A stretch of DNA of 64,000 nt from Eledone cirrhosa. Taxonomy: Eukaryota. Shown in pieces: positions 51,397 to 64,000 of the stretch. The stretch covers positions 75,020,001-75,084,000 of the forward strand of contig OZ024742.1 in assembly GCA_964016885.1 (NCBI GenBank), given 5' to 3'. A model generated the notes under the pieces. It was not told the origin of the DNA. It did no database searches and worked only from the letters and a program-made list of their open reading frames with translations. Each line of letters begins with the position of its first letter. Positions within the stretch are counted from its first letter, which is position 1. A program made the translations under genes and the position numbers.

Positions 51397-52609
51397 AATC
51401 TACCTATCTATCTTCTATTTGTCTTTCTCCCCTCTCTATTTACATCTATCTATCTATCTATTTGCATGAAAATTATTTCGTCTTTTAAGCGACCATCCAA
51501 ATTATCGCAGCTAAAATCAAATAACGATAAATAGAATTAATAGAAAAAATTTCCATCCATGCAGTAATTACTCTCTTAACTAAATTTCTATTTCCATTCA
51601 ATTTAATTCAATTTTGCCGTCCTTTTTAACATTGTTTCCATAACCAAGTTTTAAGCTAACATTGCTATCTGCCATTTATCATTAGAATATCTTTCTAGTA
51701 ACAGTGGAACACCAACATTTATAACAATTGAGAGAACAAACCTATTATTGCACTTCTAACTGCTTCGGTTTATCACAGTTAAAATCTATTTGCTGCAACT
51801 ACCATTTGCCTTTTCGGTATTTTTAACAAATCGGATTGCACACAATGTGACCAGAGATTCATTCATAACCATCACATGCTACAATGTTTGTGCTACTTTG
51901 TTTAAATTATAATTCGAAGTAAATTCAGCCATCTAGTATTTATAAAAATGCTGTAACTACATACGACGTTCATTACTGTTTCATCAAAGTTGTATTTTTA
52001 TGAACTTTCACCATAGCTATTTTTTGTTAGAAATAAACAGAATAAAAGACACGTATTGAGATATCTCAGAAGTCTCGAGATTCAGAAACAACAAAACCTC
52101 CATGGAAACTAAGTAGTTTAACAAAGTTTACAATGAGCCAACGAGCGAGCCACTACTAAACAAGAGCAAATAAAATCAAGGTTGACTTAATGAGAGCTGT
52201 ACGACGCAAAAGTAAAGGAGGGAAATATTCTCCAAGATTTAGAACTAAGTACTGTTGCGAAATTATAAAGTAACCTACATTCCTTATATGAATTAACGAC
52301 ACATTTTCAGAAAAGAAATATGAATAGCAGAATATAACTGTCTTCGATATAAATATACCCTTTACTCCATGACTGGACATGAACCTCTAAACTTCTCGGC
52401 TCATACAATGTTACTTAATACACTTGGTACAACTGTGACTAATAACAAATTACACATAAGATAGTATAGTAAAAATAACAAAAACAGGACGGAAATCGTT
52501 TCTAAATTTTTGATATTCATAATATTTTATTCATAGATACGAAGTACACGTACACACACACAGAGGCATACACTCTCACATACATCTACACATATGTACG
52601 CATTCACAC

Positions 52610-52672
<63 letters not shown>

Positions 52673-52806
52673 TATATCTTTATTATCTATAGAAATGAGC
52701 TATACACGACTAGAACTGTTTCTTTCGTGTGAAAACATTTCTGATGATTTCATACGAATCAAACAGTTCTAGTCTTACAGAAGTTATTTCTCTCTCTATC
52801 TATCTT

Positions 52807-52867
<61 letters not shown>

Positions 52868-53231
52868 CTAGTCTCATAACCGTACTGCTAGAAATAACAG
52901 TCGTATATACGAGACGGTTTGCAGCTCAAACTAGGAGCAGTTAAAATTAATAAGGTAATGAATTCTTTTACAATGGAATCAGCTCGAATGAGGAAAAATA
53001 TCCCCTGAGCAGTGTATACATTAATATGTAAGTGATGAAACACAGATACCAACACATCTGTATATATATTGCAAAAGAAAAATTTAGCCAGATTGAAGTA
53101 TACTAATTATTATACTACAGTTTGTCCATATCGATTTAAAATAATAAATCAACGGAGACGAACTGTATTGGCAAAAGGCCGTGATGTTTAGACACATTTA
53201 AATTTCAAAATCAAACCTGTTCCGTAGATAA

Positions 53232-53307
53232 GTTTAGACTTTAAGATCCAAATATGTTTCGAGTTAAATAAGTGTAGGAATATCATGTCCCGCTCTCCTC
53301 AGTAAAC
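53232..53307 (-). ncRNA. Type I hammerhead ribozyme (mirror copy in the left palindrome arm)
   Basis: Reverse complement of 53416-53491. Confidence 0.72.
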
Positions 53308-53415
53308 ATCCAGAGACAAATTGATATGCTTCACTTCTAAATGATTTAAAAGACTGCGTGACGCCGCAGTCTTTTAAATCATTTAGAAGTGAAGCATATC
53401 AATTTGTCTCTGGAT

Positions 53416-53491
53416 GTTTACTGAGGAGAGCGGGACATGATATTCCTACACTTATTTAACTCGAAACATATTTGGATCTTAAAGTCTAAAC
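53416..53491 (+). ncRNA. Type I hammerhead ribozyme with canonical core; predicted cleavage after GUC at 53486
   Basis: GTTTA-CTGAGGA-GAG-(29 nt)-CTC-GAA-AC-(16 nt)-GT-C-TAAAC. Confidence 0.72.
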
Positions 53492-53821
53492 TTATCTACG
53501 GAACAGGTTTGATTTTGAAATTTAAATGTGTCTAAACATCACGGCCTTTTGCCAATACAGTTCGTCTCCGTTGATTTATTATTTTAAATCGATATGGACA
53601 AACTGTAGTATAATAATTAGTATACTTCAATCTGGCTAAATTTTTCTTTTGCAATATATATACAGATGTGTTGGTATCTGTGTTTCATCACTTACATATT
53701 AATTTATATATATATATATGTATATATAGTGTATTTTGAAATACACTGCATGCTTGATTAAAAGCATTTGGAAGACCTTACGCTATTGTTTTAGAGTAGT
53801 GACAGTCTCACTTACTTAAAA

Positions 53822-53914
53822 TTTTCATCAAACAGGGGAGATAAAGCTGACAGAACTTTGTTTCGTACTTTTTGGTACTTATCAAAGCAAACTACTCCAC
53901 CTGTTTGCTGAAAA
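53822..53914 (-). ncRNA. Type I hammerhead, U3-A8 variant, core intact
   Basis: Minus strand: GCT-TTGATAA-GTAC-CAAAAA-GTAC-GAA-ACA-AAGTTC-TGT-C-AGC. Confidence 0.82.
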
Positions 53915-54206
53915 ACATGAATGTTTGATTCTTATAGAATTCTAGTAATAATCAGGAACTGATTATACAGAGCGGTTGCCGGTCATGCAGAAATTGAAAA
54001 TTAGAATTGGTGCTCTGAAATAGCGATATATATATATATATATGAATGTATATATAGTGTATTTTGCAATACACTGTATGCATAATTAAAAGCATTTCGA
54101 AGACCTTACGCTATTGTTTTATTTTCAATTTCTGCTTGACCGGTAACCGCTCTGTATAATCAGTTCCTGATTATTACTAGAATTCTATAAGAATCAAACA
54201 TTCCTG

Positions 54207-54303
54207 ATTTTCAGCAGACAGGTGGAGTACTTAGCTTTGATAAGTATCAAAAAGTACGACACAGACCTCTGTCAGCTTTATCTCCCCTTGTTTGCTGAAA
54301 ATT
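54207..54303 (+). ncRNA. Type I hammerhead, U3-A8 variant with GAAA>GACA (probably inactive)
   Basis: AGCT-TTGATAA-GTAT-CAAAAA-GTAC-GAC-ACAG-ACCT-CTGT-C-AGCT. Confidence 0.75.
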
Positions 54304-55149
54304 TAAAGTAAGTGAGACTGTCACTACTCTAAAACAATAGCCTAAGGTCTTCGAAATGCTTTTAATTAAGCATACAGTTTATTGCAAAATACACTATATA
54401 TACATTCATATATATATATATCGCTATTTCAGAGCACCAATTCTAATATATATATATATATATATATAGATGAGAAAATACTGTAATACATTGAAATATT
54501 TGATAAATGAAATGCAATGGAACACGTGAAAATGGGACAAAACACAAACAGGGGGGACAGCAGAGAAACAGCAAACACAAATGGGACACTAGATGAACAA
54601 CAACCATAAATGGGACAGTACAGAAACAACAAAAACAAATGGGACAGTAGGGAAAAAACAAACACAGTAACAATGAATAATTCCGATCTTCAGTTGACTC
54701 CTCTAAACTCACTGTTTTTCACCAAGTAAACAATGGACAAACCATAGCTTAGAGTCCTACAACAACGAGACATCCAAATTAGGAAAGCGTCGTTCGGAAG
54801 TGATGAACAGCTCGGGGGAGAAAATGCTGTGTGCGGACGATGTACAAGCAAGTAAGCTAGACAAACATGGATATTTAAATAAATACCTGGAGTAAAATCA
54901 TAGGGAGGCCGGAACAAAAGTGTTGTGATACGAAGATTAAACAATCGAGGATTTGACTTAGAAGATAAATAATACAACATAGAGAGTATAATGCTAGAGG
55001 AAGAATAAGGAGGCCTCGAAATATGGCTGTGAAGATAGAAACTATAGAAAAGCTACTGTCAGATGTTACAGAGAAAAAGGGGAAATAATCGTGTATATAC
55101 ATACACACAAATCTCTCTCTTTCCGGTTTTTATTATAGACTACCTTTTA

Positions 55150-55285
55150 TTTTCCGTATCTATCCTTTGTAATCCTGTCTCTAAATTTAGTACTCACGAA
55201 GAAGGGCTAAAGCCTGACACGTCAAACTTTCCTTCAATATAAAGCGTGAGACTAATAAGACTTTTTGTATATTTTGTCGTTTCCT
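55150..55285 (+). mobile_element. Penelope-type LTR relic with a degenerate minimal hammerhead (55195-55224)
   Basis: ACGAAGA-A-GGGC-TAAA-GCCT-GACA-CG-TC; same layout and downstream motif as 22830-22892. Confidence 0.45.
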
Positions 55286-55309
55286 ATATATATATATATA
55301 TATATATAT

Positions 55310-56100
<791 letters not shown>

Positions 56101-57078
56101 TCATTGTATAAAGGTCATGGTGTGAGCGAACCTTGTCTTAATGCCAATTTGTTGAAAGCAATCTGTGTTTCGATGTTAATAGTTCTCCTTAGAAAAGATC
56201 TACTAATATCAAAAGAAGCCAATTCCAACTGTGTGGGTCAACGAATTGTAGAGGCAAAAATGCCAGAGACAATCATTCTTAGAATTTTATAACATGTGTT
56301 AATATCATAAATGTTTAGATGTTCAATATATGATTAGATTCATAGCTCAAAAGATTTGCTAGAATTGGCCTAGTGATACTATAAGAACTGCTATTTATGA
56401 GACATCTAATGTTTTAAAGCATTGTAATTGTAATCCAGTGATAAGTAATTCAAAATCTATTTTTGTTACACGAATTAACACTGCTCTTTTTAATCTCTTT
56501 TATGTTGAAAATATTGTAAAGTCATTAAAATAAAATCTAGCTCTTCTTTTCTAATCTGCACATCAAAATCTGTTTGTTTGGTTAGATTTTTACAGGAATT
56601 TTTGTTCTGCTTTACATCATTTTTTGTTGGTCTACATCTCTTTTCTTTTTGTCATGTTTAGTGAGAATGCCAAGCCTTTTAATCCATAAATCAATACAAT
56701 GTGTGTATAGACATCTTAATACTCTATTTCTTATAATTTACGATCAAACTAGATTTTATTACAACGTTGTAATAAAATTATTGGTGAGCTCTGTAGAATA
56801 TCATGTGTGTCACCGGATTTCTGACTGCTGGCTTCGTTCTGTTCTCAATAGAAGCCAATTCACTAAAATTGCAAATGTACTTCAATGAAACATGGTTACT
56901 GATTAAGTAAACATGTGACCTACGCATTAGAATCCTGACTATCCCTTGCGTTTGTTCTTCTAGGTCTACATCAGTTAATGTTACATTAAACAGTATATAG
57001 GATAGATTTCTTGAAGATGATTGTCAATGTATTTGTAAGACATCAATCCATTAATAATGAAATACTATTATTTAAAGG

Positions 57079-57245
57079 AATTGGCAGTATCGGTAGAGGG
57101 TCGGACGCTATGCTTAGCAGCAAAGAGTTACGGCCCTTTATGGTTTGAGTTCAAATCCCGCCAACGTTAACTTTGCCTTTCATCCTTGCGGGGTCGATAA
57201 AATAAAGTACCAGTAATGCTGGCCTTGTGCCAAAAAGTAGAAACA
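57079..57245 (+). mobile_element. tRNA-derived SINE copy with 12-bp TSD ATTATTTAAAGG
   Basis: Same family as 20808-20974; TSD at 57067-57078 and 57246-57257. Confidence 0.92.
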
Positions 57246-58689
57246 ATTATTTAAAGGGATAGAATATTGTGTAAATTCAGAGTGTTAGGAAAATACAGAG
57301 CGGAAACGTAAAGTATATTCCAGGAAAATAACAACAATTTGGCATAACTACAACATATATGTATAGTTTTGAACTTTTCACCACACTGAACCTTATTATA
57401 ATAATGCTCTATTTTGTTTCATATACCTATGGGTTTATTGGTTCACTTAATCAGATGAATACCATTTATGCGTACATACATACATACATGCGACATGCGT
57501 ACATACATACATATATACATACATACATAACTACATACATGTTCTAAAGAATATCACATTTCAAATATCAATTAACAATAATCTAAACGAACCTTTTAAG
57601 TCAACAGATTGCAACTGCAAACAATACTACGTCATGTTTGTTAATGGTAAGTACTTCACACAGTAAGTTGTGTATAGAGTAAACATAATAAAGGTAGATC
57701 GGATGGAGAGAGCCCACATTGGCTTCACAGAACATAGATATAAAACTAAATATACGTAGCAGATTCATGCCTCTAAACACACTGATAGAATCAACTCTAT
57801 CTCTGTACTCAAATATATCTGTTAATTGAAGGCAAGCAAAATAACCAACATGTATACGTTGTATCATCGCTAAAACTGCTACTTACTGTTGACAGAGTAG
57901 TAACATATGTTAAACAGGATGTCGAAAATTTTGTCCGCATGGAGGCACGAGATTTCTTCTAAATGATTTCGACTGCAGCCATGAAATCTGCCCCCCCCCC
58001 GACCACCAGCAGAGGTTATTTATCAGATGCATCTGACATGACACTATAGTAATTTCCATCTGTACATTACAGCAAAGATCATCTGAATTCCAGCGACACT
58101 TTTATTACAATAACACTGTTCCTGTAAAACCGAAAAGCAGACTAACCACTTCCACAAAACTCCTCCACACTAACCCATCGTCTATATACCATCCCATCAT
58201 TGTAATATGTCTTATTACCTAGCTAAGTTGATTAAAACAGATCTAACTGCTGGTCAACTTGTTCTTACAAAATGTAAGCTAGAAATCTGATATTTCATCT
58301 CATTCCTTGTCAGCTTAAGAATCCCACATGGATAAAAATTCTTAGTAGAAACAAAATGAATGATAAAATACATTCATATATAAACTTCAGCCATATTTTC
58401 TCTCACTTAACTTTCGGAACTTTCACCACCTTTTACACTTTTCTTTCTCATTATTTGAAATAGCTTTCTTTGAATATTACCATAGACTCTAAGATACCTA
58501 TGTGTATAAGATCTTGAGCTATAATGTCACCACGCGTTTCTATAACACTGTCTTTATTCTGGATTATTTAGGTTTTTACATTTAAAATACTGACAGACTA
58601 TATGGTGAATATATGGTTATCACATACAATATATACAAGAATTAATTTAAATAATTTAATCTAACAAACTTAATTTCCTGTTCACAATT

Positions 58690-59152
58690 TTCTCTAGACC
58701 AGCAGTCACCCATGCATATCTGTCTCCCTTCTCCACGCCACAGGCGTCGTCCAAGGAAAAAGCAAAATCTAATACAACTTAGCACCAGTGACGTCGCAAC
58801 TCATTTCTACGGCTGAGTGAACTGGAGCAACGTGAAATAAAGTGAAAATTGTGAACGGCTGAGTGAACTGGAGCAACGTGAAATAAAGTGAAAATTGTGA
58901 ACGGCTGAGTGAACTGGAACAACGTGAAATAAAGTGAAAATTGTGAATGGCTGAGTGAACTGGAACAACGTGAAATAAAGTGAAAATTGTGAACGGCTGA
59001 GTGAAGTGGAGCAACGTGAAATAAAGTGAAAATTATGAACGGCTGAGTGAACTGGAACAACGTGAAATAAAGTGTTTTATTCAAGGACACAATTCATTGC
59101 CCGCTCGGGGACTCGAACTGACAACCTCACAATTGTGAATCGAATTCTCTAA
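58690..59152 (-). mobile_element. Second tRNA-derived SINE family (CORE-like body) with an internal 46-bp tandem amplification
   Basis: Box B AGTTCGAGTCCC near 59108-59119 (-); ~5.8 copies of a 46-bp unit at 58809-59074. Confidence 0.7.
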
Positions 59153-59356
59153 AGGAACTTCACATATATGTAAATAAACATATATCTATGTATATATATA
59201 TGTATATCTATGTATATATATATATATATGTATATATCTGTATGTATATCTATGTATGTCTGTGCATATCTATGTATCTGTGAGTATATTTGTATATTTA
59301 TGTATATCTATGTATATATGCATGTATTTATATATGTGAATGTATTTATGTATATG

Positions 59357-59387
<31 letters not shown>

Positions 59388-59610
59388 TCTCGCGCGTGCG
59401 TGTATGTACATGTATGTCTGTTTGCATATATATATATATATGCAAAATTACATAAATGTACATACACACACATACACGACGATCACACACAAATATATAT
59501 ATATATATATATATACATATACATACATAAATACATTCACATATATAAATACATGCATATATCGATATACATAGATATACATAAATATACACACAGATAT
59601 ATAGATATGC

Positions 59611-59641
<31 letters not shown>

Positions 59642-59820
59642 CATATATATATATATATATGTTGATTTAAAACTGCACTATCAACAAGTGTTTTTTTTAG
59701 CCTTCATATCATGTTCTCCTGTTTTATCTGATGAAAACACAAATATTATTGCTTGATGATGTTTGTTTTTGAAATGCGCATAATAAAATATATGGAACTC
59801 CTTTCACCATCTTTTGATCT

Positions 59821-59871
<51 letters not shown>

Positions 59872-59876
59872 GATAT

Positions 59877-59929
<53 letters not shown>

Positions 59930-59999
59930 GGAATAATCGAGTATCGGAAAATCCGATATGAGTGGCAGAGGGCTCAATAATTTGGATAAATCAGAGCTA

Positions 60000-60039
<40 letters not shown>

Positions 60040-60099
60040 TACATACAGATATATACATATATATATATATATACATATATACATACAGATACACATATA

Positions 60100-60141
<42 letters not shown>

Positions 60142-60184
60142 GATATACATACAGATACGTAAATACAGGCTTGAATACATACAT

Positions 60185-60686
60185 CCATGATGGTTGCAAC
60201 TAGATTTCGACTAATGCCATCGCTTGATACTTAAGCATGAACATCACAGTCGTTGATTTTTACTCCTGCAAGGGACTTACCTATCACATATCACAAGAAA
60301 CGTCACACATCAAGCGATGCCTGTGCTTGAAGCTTTTTTATGTGAGGAAAGGCTTTGCACAGGGCCAATTCCTCTCTCTGAACATCGAATGCATTTGTCC
60401 AAAAAAAGAACTGGTCTACATCATTGCATGCAAACGAAGTCGCAGGTTTTATATCAGAGTGACTTCCTTCTAGAGAGACGTTTTAATGAGGACTAAGACT
60501 CTCTCGCTCCACAGAACAAAAACTTTATTGGCTGGCCGTTGAATTTGTGAGTTCCTCCGCCTTTTGACGGGTTTTGCTTTTCATCTCGCAGGGTGTCCAA
60601 ATATCCCCCCCCCCCACCACAGAGCTTGCTGGTGTAGTCGCCGACGACCCGACCATACACAGGTTGTACTGAAGAACGATGGGACA
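60185..60686 (-). mobile_element. Short RTE-derived non-autonomous element between (TATG)n repeats
   Basis: Homologous to 60789-61341; contains a CTAGAAGGAAG.CACTCTGATATAAAACC motif resembling RTE 5' regions. Confidence 0.55.
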
Positions 60687-60788
60687 TACATACATACATA
60701 CATACGACTCTCTCTCTCCATTGGCAAAAGTTTGTGAAATTATGAAACCAGAAGAACATACATACATGCATACATACATACATACATG

Positions 60789-61341
60789 GTGGCTGCCAAC
60801 TCGTTTTAGAGTACGGCCACTACTTTATATCCATGTAGGAGAACCCCTACCGATGCACTGAACGAGTGTGACTTTTTAGTCCAGCCAGCGACTTGAAAAC
60901 TCTGGTACAAACACTACACTTGTGACAATTATTGACACATAGTACTGGGCTCATGGTACCATGTGACGACAAGTGCAGAGATCTCTCCAGATATAAAGCA
61001 ATGCCTGTGCCGTGAAGCCTTTATAGTGAGCAAAGGCACTGCACAAAGCCAGTCCCACTCTCTTAACCAAGATGATATTTACCAAAAAGAAGAACAAGTC
61101 AACATCATTGGATACCATCAGGGTTATAGGTACTATATCAGAGCTTTCCTTCTCCTAGAATTCTGTCTTGACAAAGGCTAAGGGGTCATCTCTCCCGGTG
61201 ATTTTGGATGGCCATTGACTCTTAGGAGCTCCTTTGCCCTTTGACAAGTTTTGTTTTTAGTCCTGCAGGATGTCCAAAGTCACCCTCCTCACCAAGAAAC
61301 CTTGGGATACATGTTACCAGTAGCACCAACTGGTGACCTGA
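60789..61341 (-). mobile_element. Second RTE-derived non-autonomous element between (TATG)n repeats
   Basis: CTAGGAGAAGGAAAGCTCTGATATA motif; ends ..CAGCCACCATG-(TATG)n; a third partial copy at about 49450-49550. Confidence 0.55.
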
Positions 61342-61434
61342 CATACATACATACATACATACATACATACATACATACATACATACATACATACATACAT
61401 ACATACATACATACATACATACATACATACATAC
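61342..61434. repeat. (TACA)n microsatellite
   Basis: Direct reading. Confidence 0.97.
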
Positions 61435-61479
61435 TTCTCTCATATTTTCTTTGTCAATGACCTGAAATTGCACGGGCCG

Positions 61480-62620
61480 AATATCAATCATATAAAAAAC
61501 AATTGGACTTCAGACTGCGAGTCTAAAATACATTTTTGAGAATAAAAGATGGAAAAGTTTTGAAAACCTAAAAGAGAACGGCTTGACGATATAGCTTCAA
61601 CGTCAATTGACAATTATATGTATCTTCAACCGAATGAGAATGTCAGATATAATGGATCCATAAATAAGGAGAGGACCATAAAAAAATACTTCGGAAGCGT
61701 AAAGTGGTCAACAGAACTCTCAGCTCACAACAAGCGCATTGGCCGTAATACTTTTGTTGTGCTCACCCTAACGTCAAAATTTAGTCTGTCTAACTGGTCA
61801 TTGCACGAACTGAGCGAGATGGATATAACGACTCGCAAGCTGCCAACTGTTACTGGAAACTAACACCAATGGTGATGCGGATAGGCTATATTTCCCGCAA
61901 TGAGGGTTCACGGGTCCTAAAATCCATGTTAACATAATACGCGACGCAGATAACAACACTGAAATAACTTCTTCAACAGAATAAAAAGTCAGCAGCCACT
62001 TTGTTAAAGTTTATAAGCATGAGAACAATATAGTTAGGATAGACACTGATCTTGCAGAAGAGAGACATGAAATAAAAGCTTATACAAATCTCTTACACAG
62101 AGACATTGGTAGTCTACTCAATGCTCGAACAAAATTGAAAAAAGGACCAATTCACTGAGAATGTTATATGTACTTGAGACGAAAACAGAGATCATACAGG
62201 AGATAAACTATACTGAAATCCTGACAAGGTTTTCCGACAAGTTCATAACAACCCACCTTGAACGATATCTCCATGCACTCCAAGAACAAGAAGTCCTTAC
62301 CTAGTACCTACTGTTAAAAAAAGTCATCAGTTGACAATAAATGTAGGCTTTGCAAAATAATGACCGAAGATGTTAATCCTATTGTTGTCATTTATGAAAG
62401 GATGGCTTTTCATTGCTACTTCTCCATAAGGCATGATGGGATAGCTAGATAGATCTGGAGTGCATTACAGAAGACCGAAATCGATCAAATAGAGAGGAAT
62501 ATGTTGAGACTCATGGCTTAAATGAAAACTGGTGGAACCTAAAAATAAAAGCTGTCACCAAATTAAAGCTCAACCTGCCTGATATTGTTGATTGTAACCA
62601 CATATTAAAAATAAGCTTTG
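61480..62620 (+). mobile_element. Old Dong/R4-like RLE LINE relic (post-RT, CCHC, RLE)
   Basis: WSTELSAHNK..NTF..NWSLHELSEMDITTRKL; DRLY.PR; CRLC..TEDV..RHD; WWN.KIK..LK.N.PDIV. Confidence 0.7.
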
Positions 62621-64000
62621 TAAGCTTTCTTCTTTGTTCGGATGGCATCTTTGACGTCTTGATTGAACCAAGAGGCCCTCCTGCCATCCGGCGCCAAACC
62701 AAGCCTCTTTCACCCGCAGCATCTAACAACTGAAGCAGAAACTGCTGCGCTGAACAATCTCCACTCTGTCTCAATGTCGTCAGTTTGCTCAGGGAGTTCT
62801 CTGAATTTGAATGCAATAGTAATTGCATACTTGGTCGTGACTTCCTTTTCCACCAATTCTTTCTACTTTATCCTGTAGGTCGCCCTGGATATGCCAGCTT
62901 TGTAGGCTTCTTTGGTTTTAGGTAGTGTTAAATTGTAGATAACTAGGTGATTATCAGTTGACACCCCAGGCTCCCTCTTAACACAAACATGCATCACAGA
63001 ATCAAAGAGATCAGAGACCATTACAACAATTAATCACCCCTGTCCCTGATTCCCCTTATACCATGTATATTTATTGATGTCTGTACTGGAAGAAAGTGTT
63101 CATAATAGAGATTCCATTGCTAGAAAAGAAGTCTAGTAAGGCCTCTCCGTTAGTATTTAGATCGGGGTCTCCATTCTTTCCAATCATTCCTTTCCATATC
63201 AGGGGTCAGTGTCAACATGCGCATTGAATTCTCCCATCAGGATATATGACTCAGTCTTAACTACATCAAACGCTGCAGTGACATCATCAAGGAAGGACCT
63301 GCATTTGGACTCCTAGTTTGGTGCATAAACTTGCACCACCCAGAGAGACCCATCTTCAGCCTAAGTTTCAAGAGGCAAATCTTCCCTCTTAATGGGATCT
63401 TGTCCATAAAACATTCTGACAGCCGGGGGCTTGTAAGCATCCCCACTCACACCTGTGTAGTCATTTCTGGCACCACACCCGCGTAGTAGAGTTTCCATCT
63501 TCCATGCAAATCTACAGCTCCAGAGCCACGGAACTTTGTCGAGGGAACCCGGACTATAACTAGCCGGTAGAATATAGGCTCCTCCACTATCTTCCGCTCC
63601 TTACCTGTAAGGGTTGTGATGATCCAGGTTCTAATTGTCAAGGTTTGCTCCCTTCCGGACTCACTTTGGGGTCACGGGATACACAATCTTTGTGCGTCCA
63701 TGCCACGCCTCCCAGGACGGGTCGCATGACCATCGTCAGTTTTTGTAACATGAAATGGAGACTGCAATATATTTTTCAAACAGGTATGTTTTTTTTTTGT
63801 TTTCCCCTTCATATTGCAGTTTCAGTTGCAGTTTCGCACCAGTCACCAATTAGATACTTTGTCAACTACGTCACTGGGCTTTGAACATTTTTTTGGGAGC
63901 TATTGGTGTCACCCATTTCTCCACCTCCCGTAGCAGCTTACCGCTGTTGGTCTGGGGTTGCTTATTCGTCCGGCAGTTTCCCGCTTATATCGCAACTAGC
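62620..64000 (-). mobile_element. RTE-clade LINE relic: 5' region and APE endonuclease
   Basis: TWIITTLTGKE.KIVEE..YRL.IV.V.STK.RGSG..WKLYYAGV; GVG.LTSPRL; MGEFNAHV; STDNHLV. Confidence 0.75.

Larger units (their letters stand above)
53020..53703. repeat. Palindrome with 339-bp arms and a 6-bp spacer (PLE-type inverted terminal repeat)
   Basis: Arms 53020-53358 and 53365-53703, no mismatch seen by eye; spacer TGACGC. Confidence 0.95.
53715..54447. mobile_element. Retrozyme-like locus 2 (diverged subfamily of the 316-bp unit), tandem + inverted
   Basis: Colinear homology to 45100-45906; inversion point near 54121; same 3' end CCAATTCTAAT. Confidence 0.8.

Noticed and set aside
56100-56900. 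Possible old DNA-transposon (hAT-like) coding relic
   Set aside because: No diagnostic motif could be read in any frame
58809-59074. CRISPR-like regularly spaced repeat
   Set aside because: No unique spacers, eukaryotic context, lies inside a SINE
60237-61181. Two similar + strand ORFs (78 and 72 aa) as a novel protein family
   Set aside because: Similarity is explained by DNA homology of two repeat copies whose tails indicate minus-strand sense

Overview
Gene-free, AT-rich, microsatellite-dense animal DNA. The tRNA-derived SINEs and repeat make-up point to a cephalopod (Octopus-like) genome, but that is an inference. No host exon could be supported; all recognisable protein-coding sequence is transposon-derived and disrupted. 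Two large nests of Tx1/L1-clade LINEs (about 1.4-20.2 kb on +, about 31.1-40.8 kb on -) are stacked head-to-tail in (ATT)n repeats, together with Dong/R4-like RLE LINE fragments and tRNA-SINEs. The LINE 3' ends and the SINE 3' ends share a covarying stem-loop with a CUUGU loop, suggesting a stringent Tx1-SINE partnership. The (TA)n tracts from about 45 to 56 kb hold a family of ~316-nt tandem/inverted units. Each unit carries a type I hammerhead ribozyme with the rare U3-A8 core (UUGAUAA) and covarying stems, i.e. a candidate retrozyme/circRNA replicon. A 339-bp-arm palindrome carries a canonical hammerhead on each strand. Also present: an internally deleted Ingi/Vingi-like element with a 2A-like peptide and PHD finger, a CRE-clade LINE nested in a Tc1/mariner relic, Penelope and RTE relics, and (TATG)n-associated RTE-derived elements. 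All calls come from reading the sequence by eye; no database search or folding program was run.
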